Shown here: positions 42,632-52,718 of the stretch, piece after piece | How the letters are laid out: every line of letters begins with the position of its first letter | How positions within the stretch are numbered: position 1 is the stretch's first letter | DNA from: an uncultured Phycisphaerales bacterium | GTDB lineage: Bacteria > Planctomycetota > Phycisphaerae > Tepidisphaerales > Tepidisphaeraceae | Length of the DNA stretch: 64,000 nucleotides | Assembly (NCBI GenBank): GCA_963755915.1 | Contig: CAVWLP010000002.1 | Coordinates: forward strand, 1,568,001 to 1,632,000 | Reading direction: 5' to 3' | Notes under the pieces: generated by a model | What the model was told of the DNA's origin: nothing | Databases searched by the model: none | Seen by the model: the letters and a program-made list of their open reading frames with translations, nothing else | Program-made: the position numbers and the translations under genes

Positions 42632-44214
42632 ATGCACTTTGCGCATCCCATCTTTCTACCACTCGCCAGCCTGGCATACGGCAACTCGTTGGGAAGGCTC
42701 GACTACGCCGTGCTGCTGGCCTACCTGGCCGCGAGCATTTTCGTCGCTACGTACGCCTCACGTGGCAAAAAAAAATCGTTTGACGACTACTGTGTTGCCG
42801 ACCGCGCAATTCCCTGGTGGGCCGCATGCGTCTCCATCGTAGCAACCGATCTGAGCGGAGTGAGCTACATTGGGGTGCCCGCCTGGATTTACCAGCACGA
42901 TCTGAAATACAACTTCGGCACCATTCTGATGCCGCTGGTCATGCTCGCGGTGGTGCTGATTTTCGTGCCGGTTCTCTGCCGCCTGGGGGTTTACACCATT
43001 TACCAATACCTCGAGCAGCGCTTCCACAGTGCGCTCGAACAGTGACAGCCTGCCTGTTTCTCATGAAGGGGCTCATCCACCTCGGCGGCGCGATCTATAC
43101 CCCGTCGCTTGCCCTCACCGCCGCCACAGGCATTCCCCTGTGGACCTGCATCCTCATCATCGGTCTCTCCACAACACTCTACACGATGAAAGGCGGCATG
43201 CGCGCCGTCATCTGGACCGACCTCACCCAATTCATCGTCCTCGTCGGTGGGCTGGTCCTGATGATCTGCGTCGCCATGGCCGGCCTCGGCTGGGACTGGG
43301 CCGGAATGTGGCACACCGCCTCCCAGCTCCGCGCCCCCGCCACCGGAACGCCCTACACAACTCTGCTTGACTGGCATCTGAGTTTGAAGACCGAGGCCAC
43401 CGTCTGGTCGCTCCTCGCCTTCTATTTCGTTTTCAATCTCGGAACCTATGGCACCGACCAAATCGCCGTTCAGCGCTACTTCACAGTCAAAAATTTCCGC
43501 GAGATTTTCAAATCGGTTATCGGATCGGGATTCGTCAACGTCGCCGCCGTTGCCATGATGGCCGGCCTTGGCTTGGTCCTGGTCGTTTACTATCACGCAC
43601 ATCCAAGTCTCGCCGGCACATTGACGCGAGCCGACGACGTTCTGCCCCATTTTGTGATGAACGTACTCCCCCCCGGCGCCCGCGGCATCATTTTCGCCGC
43701 GATTTTCGCGGCCACCATGTCGTGCGTCAGCGCCGGGCTCAACTCCTTTTCCACCGTCGGCGCCGTGGACCTCTACCGCGAACTCGTCAAGCCCGACGCC
43801 ACCGACAACCACTACCTTTTCGTCGCCAAGGTCCTGACCGCCGTGAGCGGAATCATCACCACGTGCCTCGGCTTGCTAGTGAGTTTATCCCACACCACGA
43901 TTTTACAGACGATCAATTCGCTTCTTTCGATTTTCATCGGCCCGATTACCGCGATGTTCTTCCTCGGCGTTCTGACGCGCCGGGCAAATATCGTGGGATT
44001 AATGATTGGTGTCGTCGCCGGACTGCTTTGTGGAGGACTGCTCCAGTGGACATCGCTCGGCAACGACGTCAATTGGCTATGGCTCGCCCCCTTCGGTTGC
44101 GCGATCACCTTTGTTGTGGGCTATGTCACAAGCCTTCCTTTTGCAGCGAGAATCCCGCCGCGCCAGGATGAACTTCCCAGCTCCGTGGCGATCCGGGCGC
44201 TTTCGGATAACTGA
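42632..44214 (+). CDS. Sodium:solute symporter (SSS), frameshift near 43030
   Basis: IPWWA..SIVATDLS, YQYLEQRF, YTMKGGMRAVIWTD, GTDQIAVQRY, AATMS; many TMs. Confidence 0.92.
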
Positions 44215-45790
44215 TATCTGAAAAAACAGAAACCCGTCAAGTGCGCGGACCAACTCGGTTCACTTGGCTGTATAACCGCCATCAACCGCGATATTCGTCC
44301 CCGTGATATACGCCGACGCGTCCGATGCAAGGAAAACCACAGCCCCCGCCAGATCCGTATCATTAGCCATACGGCCCAGAAAAGTCCTGCGGGAATACCG
44401 CTCCACAAAAACCGGATCCTGCCCAGCCAGAAAACCGCCCGGGCTGATCGCATTGACCCGCACTCCCCGCGGCCCGAGCTTGGCCGCCGCAAACCGCGTC
44501 AGTTGCAACAGCCCCCCCTTATGAAAGAAGTAATCGGGCGGCGTCTCCCAGCCCAATTCCTCATAAAGCGTGAAGTCGGGCCCTACCGAGCCCTGAATCG
44601 AGCTGACATTGATGATGCTCCCCCGCCCGCGCTGCGCCATGTGATCGCCGAAGATTCGCGTCATCATGAACAGCCCCGTCGCGTTGACCGCCATACTTTT
44701 TGCGAAATCCGCGCTCGGCGAAGCCCAATCTTTCATCGTTCTCAGAACCGCATTGTTCACCAGTACGTCAACCCCTCCCGCCTGGCGCACGATAAAGTCC
44801 AGCGTTTCCTGAATTGATGCTTCCTCCGCCTGGTCCAACCGGAGCGCTTTGCGCGGAGTCCTTCTTTTGCGAACTGATCGGCAAGCTGCCGCAAGCCGTG
44901 CACGTTTCGGCTGGCCATATAAAGTGTCGCCGCCGCCTGCCCCAATGCCCGCGCGATTTGCCTGCCGAACAGTCCCGCCGCGCCGGTCACCAGAGCAACT
45001 TTTCCATCGAGCCGAAAGGAGTCCATCACTGTCATTGCAACTCCTCAAAAGGAAACAGCGGGCGTCGCCGTTGCTTAAATGGTAGCCGCGCCATGTTCGC
45101 CGTCGTCACACCGGGCGTGTCCACGCGGATAAACGTCCGGCACACTGGCGAATACGCCGCGATTGGCGCATTAACGCCTTTTGCAACCAGAACCGAAAAT
45201 TTCTCCGGCTCAATCCCGCACGATGTCAATTGATTCAAGCTAAAAGGCGGCGTGCGCTGTGAGTGCACCAGCAAAGTTAACGACTCCCATTCAATCACCG
45301 CGGTCTTACCCATATCAAAGCGCCCCTGCCCACCGTGGCGAATCTGGTTTTCGTGAAATACTCCATCGTGAAGACTTCGAACGCGTCCTTTGACCGGTAA
45401 CGGCTCGCCGTGCATTTTGTTGTTCTTTCCCCCGACAAACCCTTCAAACATCGCGCCCGTGCCCAGAGAGATCGCCGCCTTGGCCGCGTCCGCATCGCAA
45501 ATCGCAACAAAGCTATGTTCAAACCTGCGCCGTTGCAGAGCGTGCGCGATGATCGTCCCATCCCCTGGTGAGCCGCCGCCGACGTTGTCTCCCAAATCCA
45601 GAAGGCATACGGGCTTTTCAGATCGCGTTGCAATGTCGATTGCTTCTTCGACGTTCGGCAAATGGGCGACGAAATCCTGTCGATATGAGACGAGATAATC
45701 GCCTAACTGATCTGCCAAGCGGCCTGCCTGCTCGTGATCGTTGTTCGTCACGGCGACAAAACTTGAACCCATTTCTTGCACGTCGGCATA
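44203..45790. repeat. Direct repeat copy 2 (native location) of 2575..4163
   Basis: See copy 1. Confidence 0.95.
44260..45035 (-). CDS. SDR oxidoreductase (native copy; 1-nt deletion near 44849)
   Basis: Same protein as 2632..3408, split over ORFs 44757..45035 and 44260..45048. Confidence 0.88.
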
Positions 45791-46498
45791 TGGAAATCCC
45801 AGAACCACTCCGTTGGCCAACACGCCCGGCAATTTCAATTGGGCATCCGCCAATCGCACCAGCTCCAGACAAGGCGGTGCTTCGGTATGTTGTGCGGCAA
45901 TATTGATCGCGACGCGTGGAAAAGCCGCGGCCATTGTCGGCCGCACTTCGCCCCGAAGCGTCCGTACCATCAGCGCCGCCGCTTCAAGGCCCCGAGCGTG
46001 CTGATCGACGTGAGGATTCGTGCGATATGGAATAATCGCCTGGCAGGCACTGACCATTGCCGCCGATAAATTCGCATGTGGATCAATCGTAGCAATGATC
46101 GGCTTGGCCTGGCCCAGGCGCTGGCGAACCAGCCCCAACCAATGCCCATCCATATCCGGAATCTTTTCGCTCACTCCGGCCCCATGGGGCGCCGCCAGTA
46201 TTCCCGCCAGCGGACCAGCGCCATCGAGGCAATCCAGCATCTCCGTCAGAAGATGCCCAAATGCATCGTCGGTGACGACTCCGCCTGGCGTGGCGATCGC
46301 CGCAAACAGCGGAACCGCCTCCATCCCTGCCGACCAAAGCCCGTTGAAAAATCCCCCCACTTCATGATGGCTGTTTCGGAAATGCTCTCGTACTGCTTCT
46401 CCGGTTAACAGCACGTTTCGCCGGAAGTCTTCCAGGCTCGTCGCTTGCGGAAGGAACGTATTCGACTCGTGCTGGAGAGCTATGATTCCGACGCGCAT
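45032..46498 (-). CDS. MlrC/M81 family metallopeptidase or deacylase
   Basis: MRVGIIALQHESNTF, HGA, DPHAN, YRTNPHVD, DNVGGGSPGD. Confidence 0.92.
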   Translation of the reverse strand: MRVGIIALQHESNTFLPQATSLEDFRRNVLLTGEAVREHFRNSHHEVGGFFNGLWSAGMEAVPLFAAIATPGGVVTDDAFGHLLTEMLDCLDGAGPLAGILAAPHGAGVSEKIPDMDGHWLGLVRQRLGQAKPIIATIDPHANLSAAMVSACQAIIPYRTNPHVDQHARGLEAAALMVRTLRGEVRPTMAAAFPRVAINIAAQHTEAPPCLELVRLADAQLKLPGVLANGVVLGFPYADVQEMGSSFVAVTNNDHEQAGRLADQLGDYLVSYRQDFVAHLPNVEEAIDIATRSEKPVCLLDLGDNVGGGSPGDGTIIAHALQRRRFEHSFVAICDADAAKAAISLGTGAMFEGFVGGKNNKMHGEPLPVKGRVRSLHDGVFHENQIRHGGQGRFDMGKTAVIEWESLTLLVHSQRTPPFSLNQLTSCGIEPEKFSVLVAKGVNAPIAAYSPVCRTFIRVDTPGVTTANMARLPFKQRRRPLFPFEELQ

Positions 46499-46531
46499 GC
46501 GATTTTGCCGCGATCTGTCACCGATCTTGTA

Positions 46532-46568
46532 TTCCACGATACGAAACGATATATTCACAATAATGGAA
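46532..46568. promoter_or_regulatory. Two imperfect 15-bp palindromes, candidate IclR operators
   Basis: TTCCACGATACGAAA (46532..46546) and TTCACAATAATGGAA (46554..46568) in the 64-bp divergent gap; the second overlaps the iclR start codon. Confidence 0.5.
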
Positions 46569-47321
46569 TCGACTTCGATTGTCAAAGCCTTTTCCCTGCT
46601 TGAATTATTGGCCGAATTGAAAGGTTCCGGCTCGCTCAACCAGCTCGCCCTCGGTACCGGCACCACAAAGCCAAGCGCTCATCGCATCTTGCGCTGCCTC
46701 GTCGGGCTCGGATATGTTCAGCATGATTCGGGGGGTATATACCGCCTCACCCCGAAGCTTCACTGGGTCGCCCTTGGACGAAGCGATCGCCGGTTGGCAT
46801 CGATCGCCGATTCGCTCCTCCGCCGGCTTCATCAGCAAACCGCAGAAACCGTCAACCTCGGCGTCCTTCGCCGCAATCGCATCGTTTACATCACAGTACT
46901 GGAGTCCTCTCATCCGTTGCGGCGCGTCGTCGAAACCCATGAGAGCGATCCCGTCTTCTCCACCGCTCTCGGCCGCGCAATCGCCGCCTTTCTGCCCGAG
47001 ACAAAGATCGACAACTTGCTCTCTACCGCCGCGATTGAGGTCAGAACTCCTCGAACGACCAGAAACGAGGAAGAGTTGCGGCGAGTTCTCGCCAAGGTCC
47101 GCCGCGTTGGGTACGCCATCGAGCGCGATGAAACTGATCTGGGTGTAACCTGCATTGCCGCACCGGTGATGTCCGACGGACAGCCGATCGCGGCGATCAG
47201 CCTGAGTGTTCCCTCGGCCCGCGTCGATGCAAATTCAGAAAAACGCTGGACTTCCGACGTGCAGTCGACCGCGCAGTCCCTCAGCCGTGAGCTTGCCGCT
47301 TCCGAGCGAGCAACCGCCTAG
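46563..47321 (+). CDS. IclR family transcriptional regulator
   Basis: SIVKAFSLLELL..KPSAHRILRCL..GYV; ETVNLG; STALGRA; GVTCIAAPV. Confidence 0.93.
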   Translation: MESTSIVKAFSLLELLAELKGSGSLNQLALGTGTTKPSAHRILRCLVGLGYVQHDSGGIYRLTPKLHWVALGRSDRRLASIADSLLRRLHQQTAETVNLGVLRRNRIVYITVLESSHPLRRVVETHESDPVFSTALGRAIAAFLPETKIDNLLSTAAIEVRTPRTTRNEEELRRVLAKVRRVGYAIERDETDLGVTCIAAPVMSDGQPIAAISLSVPSARVDANSEKRWTSDVQSTAQSLSRELAASERATA

Positions 47322-47336
47322 GCACAGGGTTCGATT

Positions 47337-47999
47337 ATGGCCAAGACAACTGAAATCACGCTCGGCATGATGAGAGAAAAGCTCTACAGCGCCGTCGTCT
47401 GCGATGCCTTGGACGCCATCGGTCGCCGCAACCAATCCCCTTGTCTCCCCCTGCAACCAATGACCGGAATCTCCCGACTTGTCGGCCGGTGCCGCACCAC
47501 CCTCTGGGCCGATATGGCCCACGAAGATCCCCGCCCTTACGAACTGGAACTTCAAGCGGTGGATGGCTGCCGGCCCGACGAAGTATTGATCTGCGCAGCC
47601 GCGGGATCCATGCGGTCTGGAATCTGGGGCGAACTACTTTCCACCGCCGCGCACAACAGCGGCTGTGTTGGCGCGATTGTTGACGGCGCCGTCCGCGATC
47701 TCCAGAAAATGACGACGATGGGCTTTCCCGTCTTCGCGCGTGGAACCTGCGTTTACGATAGCCTTCACCGCCAGCGCGTGATCGATCTTGACGTACCCGT
47801 CGAAATCGATGGCGTAGCCTTTCGAAGCGGAGATCTTGTTATTGCAGATACCGACGGCGTTGTCGTCATCCCGCGAGAAGTTGAGACCGAAGCAATCCAG
47901 CGAGCCTGGGAAAAGGTCCACGCTGAAGACCACATGCGCAATGAGATTCGCGCCGGGATGAAAGCCACCGCGGCTTTTTCCAAGTACGGAATCCTCTGA
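47337..47999 (+). CDS. RraA/HMG-CHA aldolase family protein
   Basis: VCDALD, WGELLS, VDGAVRD, GDLVIADTDGVVVIP. Confidence 0.9.
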   Translation: MAKTTEITLGMMREKLYSAVVCDALDAIGRRNQSPCLPLQPMTGISRLVGRCRTTLWADMAHEDPRPYELELQAVDGCRPDEVLICAAAGSMRSGIWGELLSTAAHNSGCVGAIVDGAVRDLQKMTTMGFPVFARGTCVYDSLHRQRVIDLDVPVEIDGVAFRSGDLVIADTDGVVVIPREVETEAIQRAWEKVHAEDHMRNEIRAGMKATAAFSKYGIL

Positions 48000-49096
48000 T
48001 GTCCGAGCAATACACTGAGCCAAGCGTCACCCGAGACGGTTGTCAGGCGCGTCAAATGCGCTTTGCCGACTTGCTCGCCGAAAGTGGATATGACGGCGCC
48101 ATCCTGACCCACCCGGGACAAATCTTCTCCCTCAGCGGCCATTGGACGCGCGGCGTCTTCCAATCGCTCCTCTTTGTATGCAGCGAAGGAAAAACCACCC
48201 TTGCCACTCCAATTTCCCCAAGGCTGCCCGTGTTCGTCACCGACACAATAATTTTCCCCGGCGCCAAGCTCGGAACCCTGATCGACGATCAATTGGCAGC
48301 AGGACTGGAAGCACTTTCCCCCCGGACTTCCGCCCTGAAACGAATCGGCTCCGACATGCCGATGGACGCGCTCACCAGCGGACAAATCTCTCCCTACGAC
48401 ATCGCCCCCCTGCTGCGTAAACTTCGACGCACAAAACTCCCCGACGAGATTGAACTAATCCGCCGCGGCATCGCCGGCTGTGAGACCGCCTATGAGGTTG
48501 CAAAGGAAAGCGTCCGTCCCGGGTACTGCGAATGGGAAATGTATTTAGCGCTTCATGCCGCCGCCGTGGCCGCCGTCGGCGAACCCATCGGTGAATTCGG
48601 CAACGATTTTCAGGCCGGCACGCCCGGTGGCCCGCCCCGACGGCGCCCAATGGCCGATGGCGAACTGATGCCCCTCGATTTATCCGTAGTCGTCCGCGGC
48701 TATACGTCCGACATGTGCCGAACGTTTTGCGTCGACAAAGATCCGACTGCCGCGCAAGCCGACGCCCATCAGTGGGTCGCCGACGCTCTCGCTTTCGTCG
48801 AACAAACCGTCAGGCCCGGCGTCAGTTGCCGCCGTCTCTATCTCGACGTCGCCGAAATGCTCCGCAAATCCCCTTGGGACTTCCCCCACCATCTCGGCCA
48901 TGGAATCGGCCTGTCGGCCCACGAAGCTCCGCGGCTGAATCCGAATTGGGACGACACCTTTCAGGAAGGCGATGTCTTCACCGCCGAGCCCGGCCTCTAC
49001 GGCGAAGATCTGCGCGGCGGCGTTCGATTGGAAAATGACTACGTCGTCACCGCCGATGGTGTCCGTTCTTTGTGCCGTTTTCCCCTTGATTTTTAA
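47999..49096 (+). CDS. M24 family (Xaa-Pro peptidase-like) metallohydrolase
   Basis: LD..GYTSDMCRT, HHLGHGIGLSAHEAP, AEPGLY, GVRLEND. Confidence 0.9.
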   Translation: MSEQYTEPSVTRDGCQARQMRFADLLAESGYDGAILTHPGQIFSLSGHWTRGVFQSLLFVCSEGKTTLATPISPRLPVFVTDTIIFPGAKLGTLIDDQLAAGLEALSPRTSALKRIGSDMPMDALTSGQISPYDIAPLLRKLRRTKLPDEIELIRRGIAGCETAYEVAKESVRPGYCEWEMYLALHAAAVAAVGEPIGEFGNDFQAGTPGGPPRRRPMADGELMPLDLSVVVRGYTSDMCRTFCVDKDPTAAQADAHQWVADALAFVEQTVRPGVSCRRLYLDVAEMLRKSPWDFPHHLGHGIGLSAHEAPRLNPNWDDTFQEGDVFTAEPGLYGEDLRGGVRLENDYVVTADGVRSLCRFPLDF

Positions 49097-49114
49097 CTTT
49101 CCAGGTGTGATCCG

Positions 49115-50038
49115 GTGTCACAAGACCAGCTCATTTCGACCATCTATTACGGAGCCGACGGCCCCACCCTTTTGATTACCGCTGGTGTCCACGGTGACGA
49201 ATACGAGCCCATGCTGGCGATCCGGAGCCTCTTTCCCATCCTGGAATCGACGAATTTGCGCGGCAAGGTAATTCTTGTGCCCGTCGTAAACGCCTCCGCC
49301 TACGCGCACGGCGCACGCACCGCCGAAGATGGCCTCGATCTGGCGCGGGTCTGCCCCGGGCAAATCGATGGCTCGATCACCCGGCGCATCGCTCACCATC
49401 TGAGCGAGCTGATTCGCGTCTCCGACTTTTATATCGATCTTCACACCGGCGGCGCCGCTCTGTCGCTGATTCCACTCGCCGGATATCTTTTGCATGCTGA
49501 TCCGGCAATTCTTGAAACCCAGCGTCAAATGGCGCGGGCATTCAACTTGCCCTTTATCTGGGGAACCACTCCCACCCTCAACGGCCGTTCTCTCTCGGTT
49601 GCCCGCGATGCCGGCGTCCCTGCCATCTACGTCGAATACGGCGGCGGCACCGGATTCAACGCAGCCGCCGTCGCCGATCTTGCTTCGGGCTGCCTGAACG
49701 TCATGGCCGAACTCAAGATGATCGATCGGCCCCTGCCCCCGCGACAAAAGCAGCAAATCATCGAAGATCCCAGCCCCCAGAGCGGCCATCTTCAAATCAA
49801 CTATCCTTCGCCGTTAAATGGGACCTTCGAACCTGCCGCGACACTGAGCCAATGCATTGAGCCTGGCGAAGTCATCGGCCGCATCACCGATCCTAACACC
49901 GGTGCTTCTGCCGCAATTCGCGCCGAGAAAGCCGGCTTGCTCGTGATGCTCCGCGCAATGCCGCGCGTTCAAGTCGGCGACGCCCTCGCCACGATCGTCC
50001 CCCGGCAATCGCCGGCAACTGGAGGAACCCATGCCTGA
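49115..50038 (+). CDS. Succinylglutamate desuccinylase/aspartoacylase (M14-like) family protein
   Basis: AGVHGDE, DLARVCPG, IDLHTG, VEYGGG. Confidence 0.9.
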   Translation: MSQDQLISTIYYGADGPTLLITAGVHGDEYEPMLAIRSLFPILESTNLRGKVILVPVVNASAYAHGARTAEDGLDLARVCPGQIDGSITRRIAHHLSELIRVSDFYIDLHTGGAALSLIPLAGYLLHADPAILETQRQMARAFNLPFIWGTTPTLNGRSLSVARDAGVPAIYVEYGGGTGFNAAAVADLASGCLNVMAELKMIDRPLPPRQKQQIIEDPSPQSGHLQINYPSPLNGTFEPAATLSQCIEPGEVIGRITDPNTGASAAIRAEKAGLLVMLRAMPRVQVGDALATIVPRQSPATGGTHA

Positions 50039-50846
50039 AAAACGCGTCGCACTTATCACCGGCGCCCCGACGGGAATCGGTCGGGCCACCGCATTCGAAT
50101 TTGCCGCCAATGGATACGATCTCGGTATCACCGCATTCGAAGCTGAATCGCTCAATAATGTCGCTGAGCAACTTCGTGCCAAAGGCGCCACCGTGCTGGC
50201 CCGCCCAGGCGATCTGGCGGATTTGCGCTTCGCACAGTCTTTTGTTGAGGCTGCTGCTGCCGAGCTGGGCGCGCCGCACGTCCTCGTCAACAATGCCGCG
50301 TGGCGCGAGCTCGTCACCATGCGCGAAATCTCCACCGATTCCTGGGAACGAACCCTCCGCGTCTGCGTCACCGCCCCCGCCTTTATGGCTCGCTGGGCCG
50401 CCGAGCAAATGGAACCGCTGCGCCGCGGCGTGATCATCAACGTCTCCAGCATCATGTCCGGCCAGGCCCATGGATTTGCCCCCGCCTATGTCGCGTCAAA
50501 AGGTGCAATCGATTCCCTCACCTACGACCTCGCCGCCCTCTACGGCCCCTCGGGCATCCGCGTCTTGTCCGTGCAACCCGGCGCGGTGGACACCGCCATG
50601 AGCGCCGACATCGCCCCCCAGGATTCCCAGCCCGCCGCCGATCTGCGCCAGTGGACCGAGCAAATGATCAGCCTCCGCCGTTGGGCCCAGCCTCAGGAAA
50701 TCGCCCGCGCCATCGTCTGGCTCGCCGGCGATGAAGCTTCGTACATCACCGGAACCTCCATCGCTCTCGACGGCGGTTGGAGCCGCCAGTTGTATCCCTA
50801 CGGCCTCAAAACTGCCCTCCGCCCCGGGCAATTTCCCAATGGATGA
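50031..50846 (+). CDS. SDR family oxidoreductase
   Basis: ITGAPTGIG, LVNNA, YVASK, PGAVDT. Confidence 0.92.
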   Translation: MPEKRVALITGAPTGIGRATAFEFAANGYDLGITAFEAESLNNVAEQLRAKGATVLARPGDLADLRFAQSFVEAAAAELGAPHVLVNNAAWRELVTMREISTDSWERTLRVCVTAPAFMARWAAEQMEPLRRGVIINVSSIMSGQAHGFAPAYVASKGAIDSLTYDLAALYGPSGIRVLSVQPGAVDTAMSADIAPQDSQPAADLRQWTEQMISLRRWAQPQEIARAIVWLAGDEASYITGTSIALDGGWSRQLYPYGLKTALRPGQFPNG

Positions 50847-51929
50847 TCAAATGTCCAATTCGCACTCTCCCAAACTCGCCCCAAAAATGAGGCCGAATCT
50901 CAAATCAGCCTCGGCGAGGGCGAAACTCCCCTGCTTCTGTCGCGCTGCATAGGTCCCTCCATCGGCCTGCCCAATCTCTATTTCAAACTCGAAACCGTCA
51001 ATCCTTCAGGATCCTACAAAGATCGCTTCGCCGCCGCCGCCATCTCCCAGATGCTGAAAGATGGCAAAAAACGCTGCCTCGCAACTTCCAGCGGAAACAC
51101 CGGCTCTGCTCTGGCCGCCTATTGCGCAGCGGCTGGAATATCCTGCGAAATCGTCACCGTCGAAACCGCCCCCAGCGAAAAGCTCCGCCAAATGGCCGCC
51201 TATGGCGCTCGAATCTTCAAGGTCCACGGCTTCGGCCCCGATCCCGATACCACTCGTCGCGTTTTCGCCTGGGTTCAGCAGACAGGAAATCGCAACGATT
51301 CCTCGCTGCAAATCAGCGCCTACTGCTTCTCTCCAGTCGGAATGGCCGGTGTCGAAACAATCAGCCATGAATTAACCGCCCAATTGCCCACGGGCATCGA
51401 TCACGTTTTCGTTCCTGCCGGTGGTGGTGGACTAACGCTCGCCGTAGCCCGTGGATTCGATCGCGCGCCCTCGAACTTTTCCCGCCCGCGCATTCATTGC
51501 GTCCAGCCCGAAGGAAACGACACCATCGCAACCCCCCTTCGATCCGGCGCACCAAAGGCTCGCTCAGTCACCTGCACGACAAAAATCAGCGGACTGCAGG
51601 TCGCCAGCGTCCTCGACGGCGACGCCGTCATTTCCGCCTGCCGAAACTCTGGTGGAACCGGCCATCTGGTCTCAGATAACGCCGTTTGGGAAACACAGCG
51701 GCGACTGGCCCGCGAGGAGGGAATATTCTGCGAACCCGCTGCGGCCGTCGCGCTCGTGGGGGCCCTGAACGCATTTTCCGCCCGTGAAATTCCCCCTGAC
51801 GATCGCGTTGTTTGCATCGTCACCGGTATCGGATTCAAGGATCTTCAGTCCATCGACCGAATGGTCGCCGACAACGACTGGCCTGTTTTCGATCTCTCAC
51901 AACTCGAGCAAATGTTAGGACAACAATAG
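50839..51929 (+). CDS. Threonine-synthase-like fold type II PLP enzyme; probable frameshift near 50880
   Basis: Frame of ORF 51051..51929 extends upstream as ISLGEGETPLL...YFKLETVNPSGSYKDR; SSGNTG, VPAGGGG, CEPAAA. Confidence 0.88.
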
Positions 51930-51948
51930 GGAAGGAGCTCCTTCAAGT

Positions 51949-52707
51949 ATGTTCGATCTCAGCGGAAAATTTGCAGTGGTAACCGGCGCGGGCTCCGGGA
52001 TTGGAGAGGCGATTGCCCGCGTTTTCGCCCATGCCGGCGCACTAGTCTTTTTGTTTGATCGCGACGCCTCGGCCGCGCAACGCGCCGCCGAAAAGCTCCC
52101 CAATGCCAAGACGATTCTCGCCGATGTATCGGATGAAAACTCCGTCAATGAAGCCGTTAACCAGGTTCTTGAGCAAACCAGTCGCCGAATCGACGTGCTG
52201 GTCAACAACGCCGGTATCGGCCACGTCGGTACCGTCCTCACCACCACCCCGGCAGATCTCGACCGCCTCTATCGCGTCAACGTCCAGGGAATTCTGATGA
52301 TGACCCGCGCCGTCCTACCTTCGATGATCGCCCGAAGCGCGGGCTCGGTCATCAACCTCGCCTCCATCGGCGGCATCGTCGGCATCCGCGACAGGCTCGC
52401 CTACTGCACAACCAAATTTGCCGTCGTCGGAATGACCAAGTGCATGGCGCTCGACCATGCGACAACCGGCGTCCGATTCAACGCCATTTGTCCCGGCCGG
52501 GTCGAAACGCCTTTCGTCACCGCACGCCTTGCCGAATACCCCGACCCGCAAAAAGCCCGCCAGGAAATGGCCGCGTCCCAGGCCATCGGCCGAATGGGCC
52601 AACCTGACGAAATTGCCGCCGCCGCGCTCTATCTTGGTTCCGATGAATCCCGGTTCGTCACCGGCAGTTCATTCATCATCGATGGGGGATTCTCCGCAGG
52701 GAAATAG
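51949..52707 (+). CDS. SDR oxidoreductase (resembles 2-keto-3-deoxy sugar-acid dehydrogenases/BDH2 type)
   Basis: TGAGSGIG, NNAGI, YCTTK, NAICPGRVETP. Confidence 0.9.
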   Translation: MFDLSGKFAVVTGAGSGIGEAIARVFAHAGALVFLFDRDASAAQRAAEKLPNAKTILADVSDENSVNEAVNQVLEQTSRRIDVLVNNAGIGHVGTVLTTTPADLDRLYRVNVQGILMMTRAVLPSMIARSAGSVINLASIGGIVGIRDRLAYCTTKFAVVGMTKCMALDHATTGVRFNAICPGRVETPFVTARLAEYPDPQKARQEMAASQAIGRMGQPDEIAAAALYLGSDESRFVTGSSFIIDGGFSAGK

Positions 52708-52718
52708 GAGGTATCGTT

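Noticed and set aside
50839-51929. Assigning thrC, and likewise hemL (37227..38581), dapA/nanA (aldolases) or mlrC as true orthologues
   Set aside because: Only family-level motifs; catabolic context and motif deviations argue against housekeeping functions
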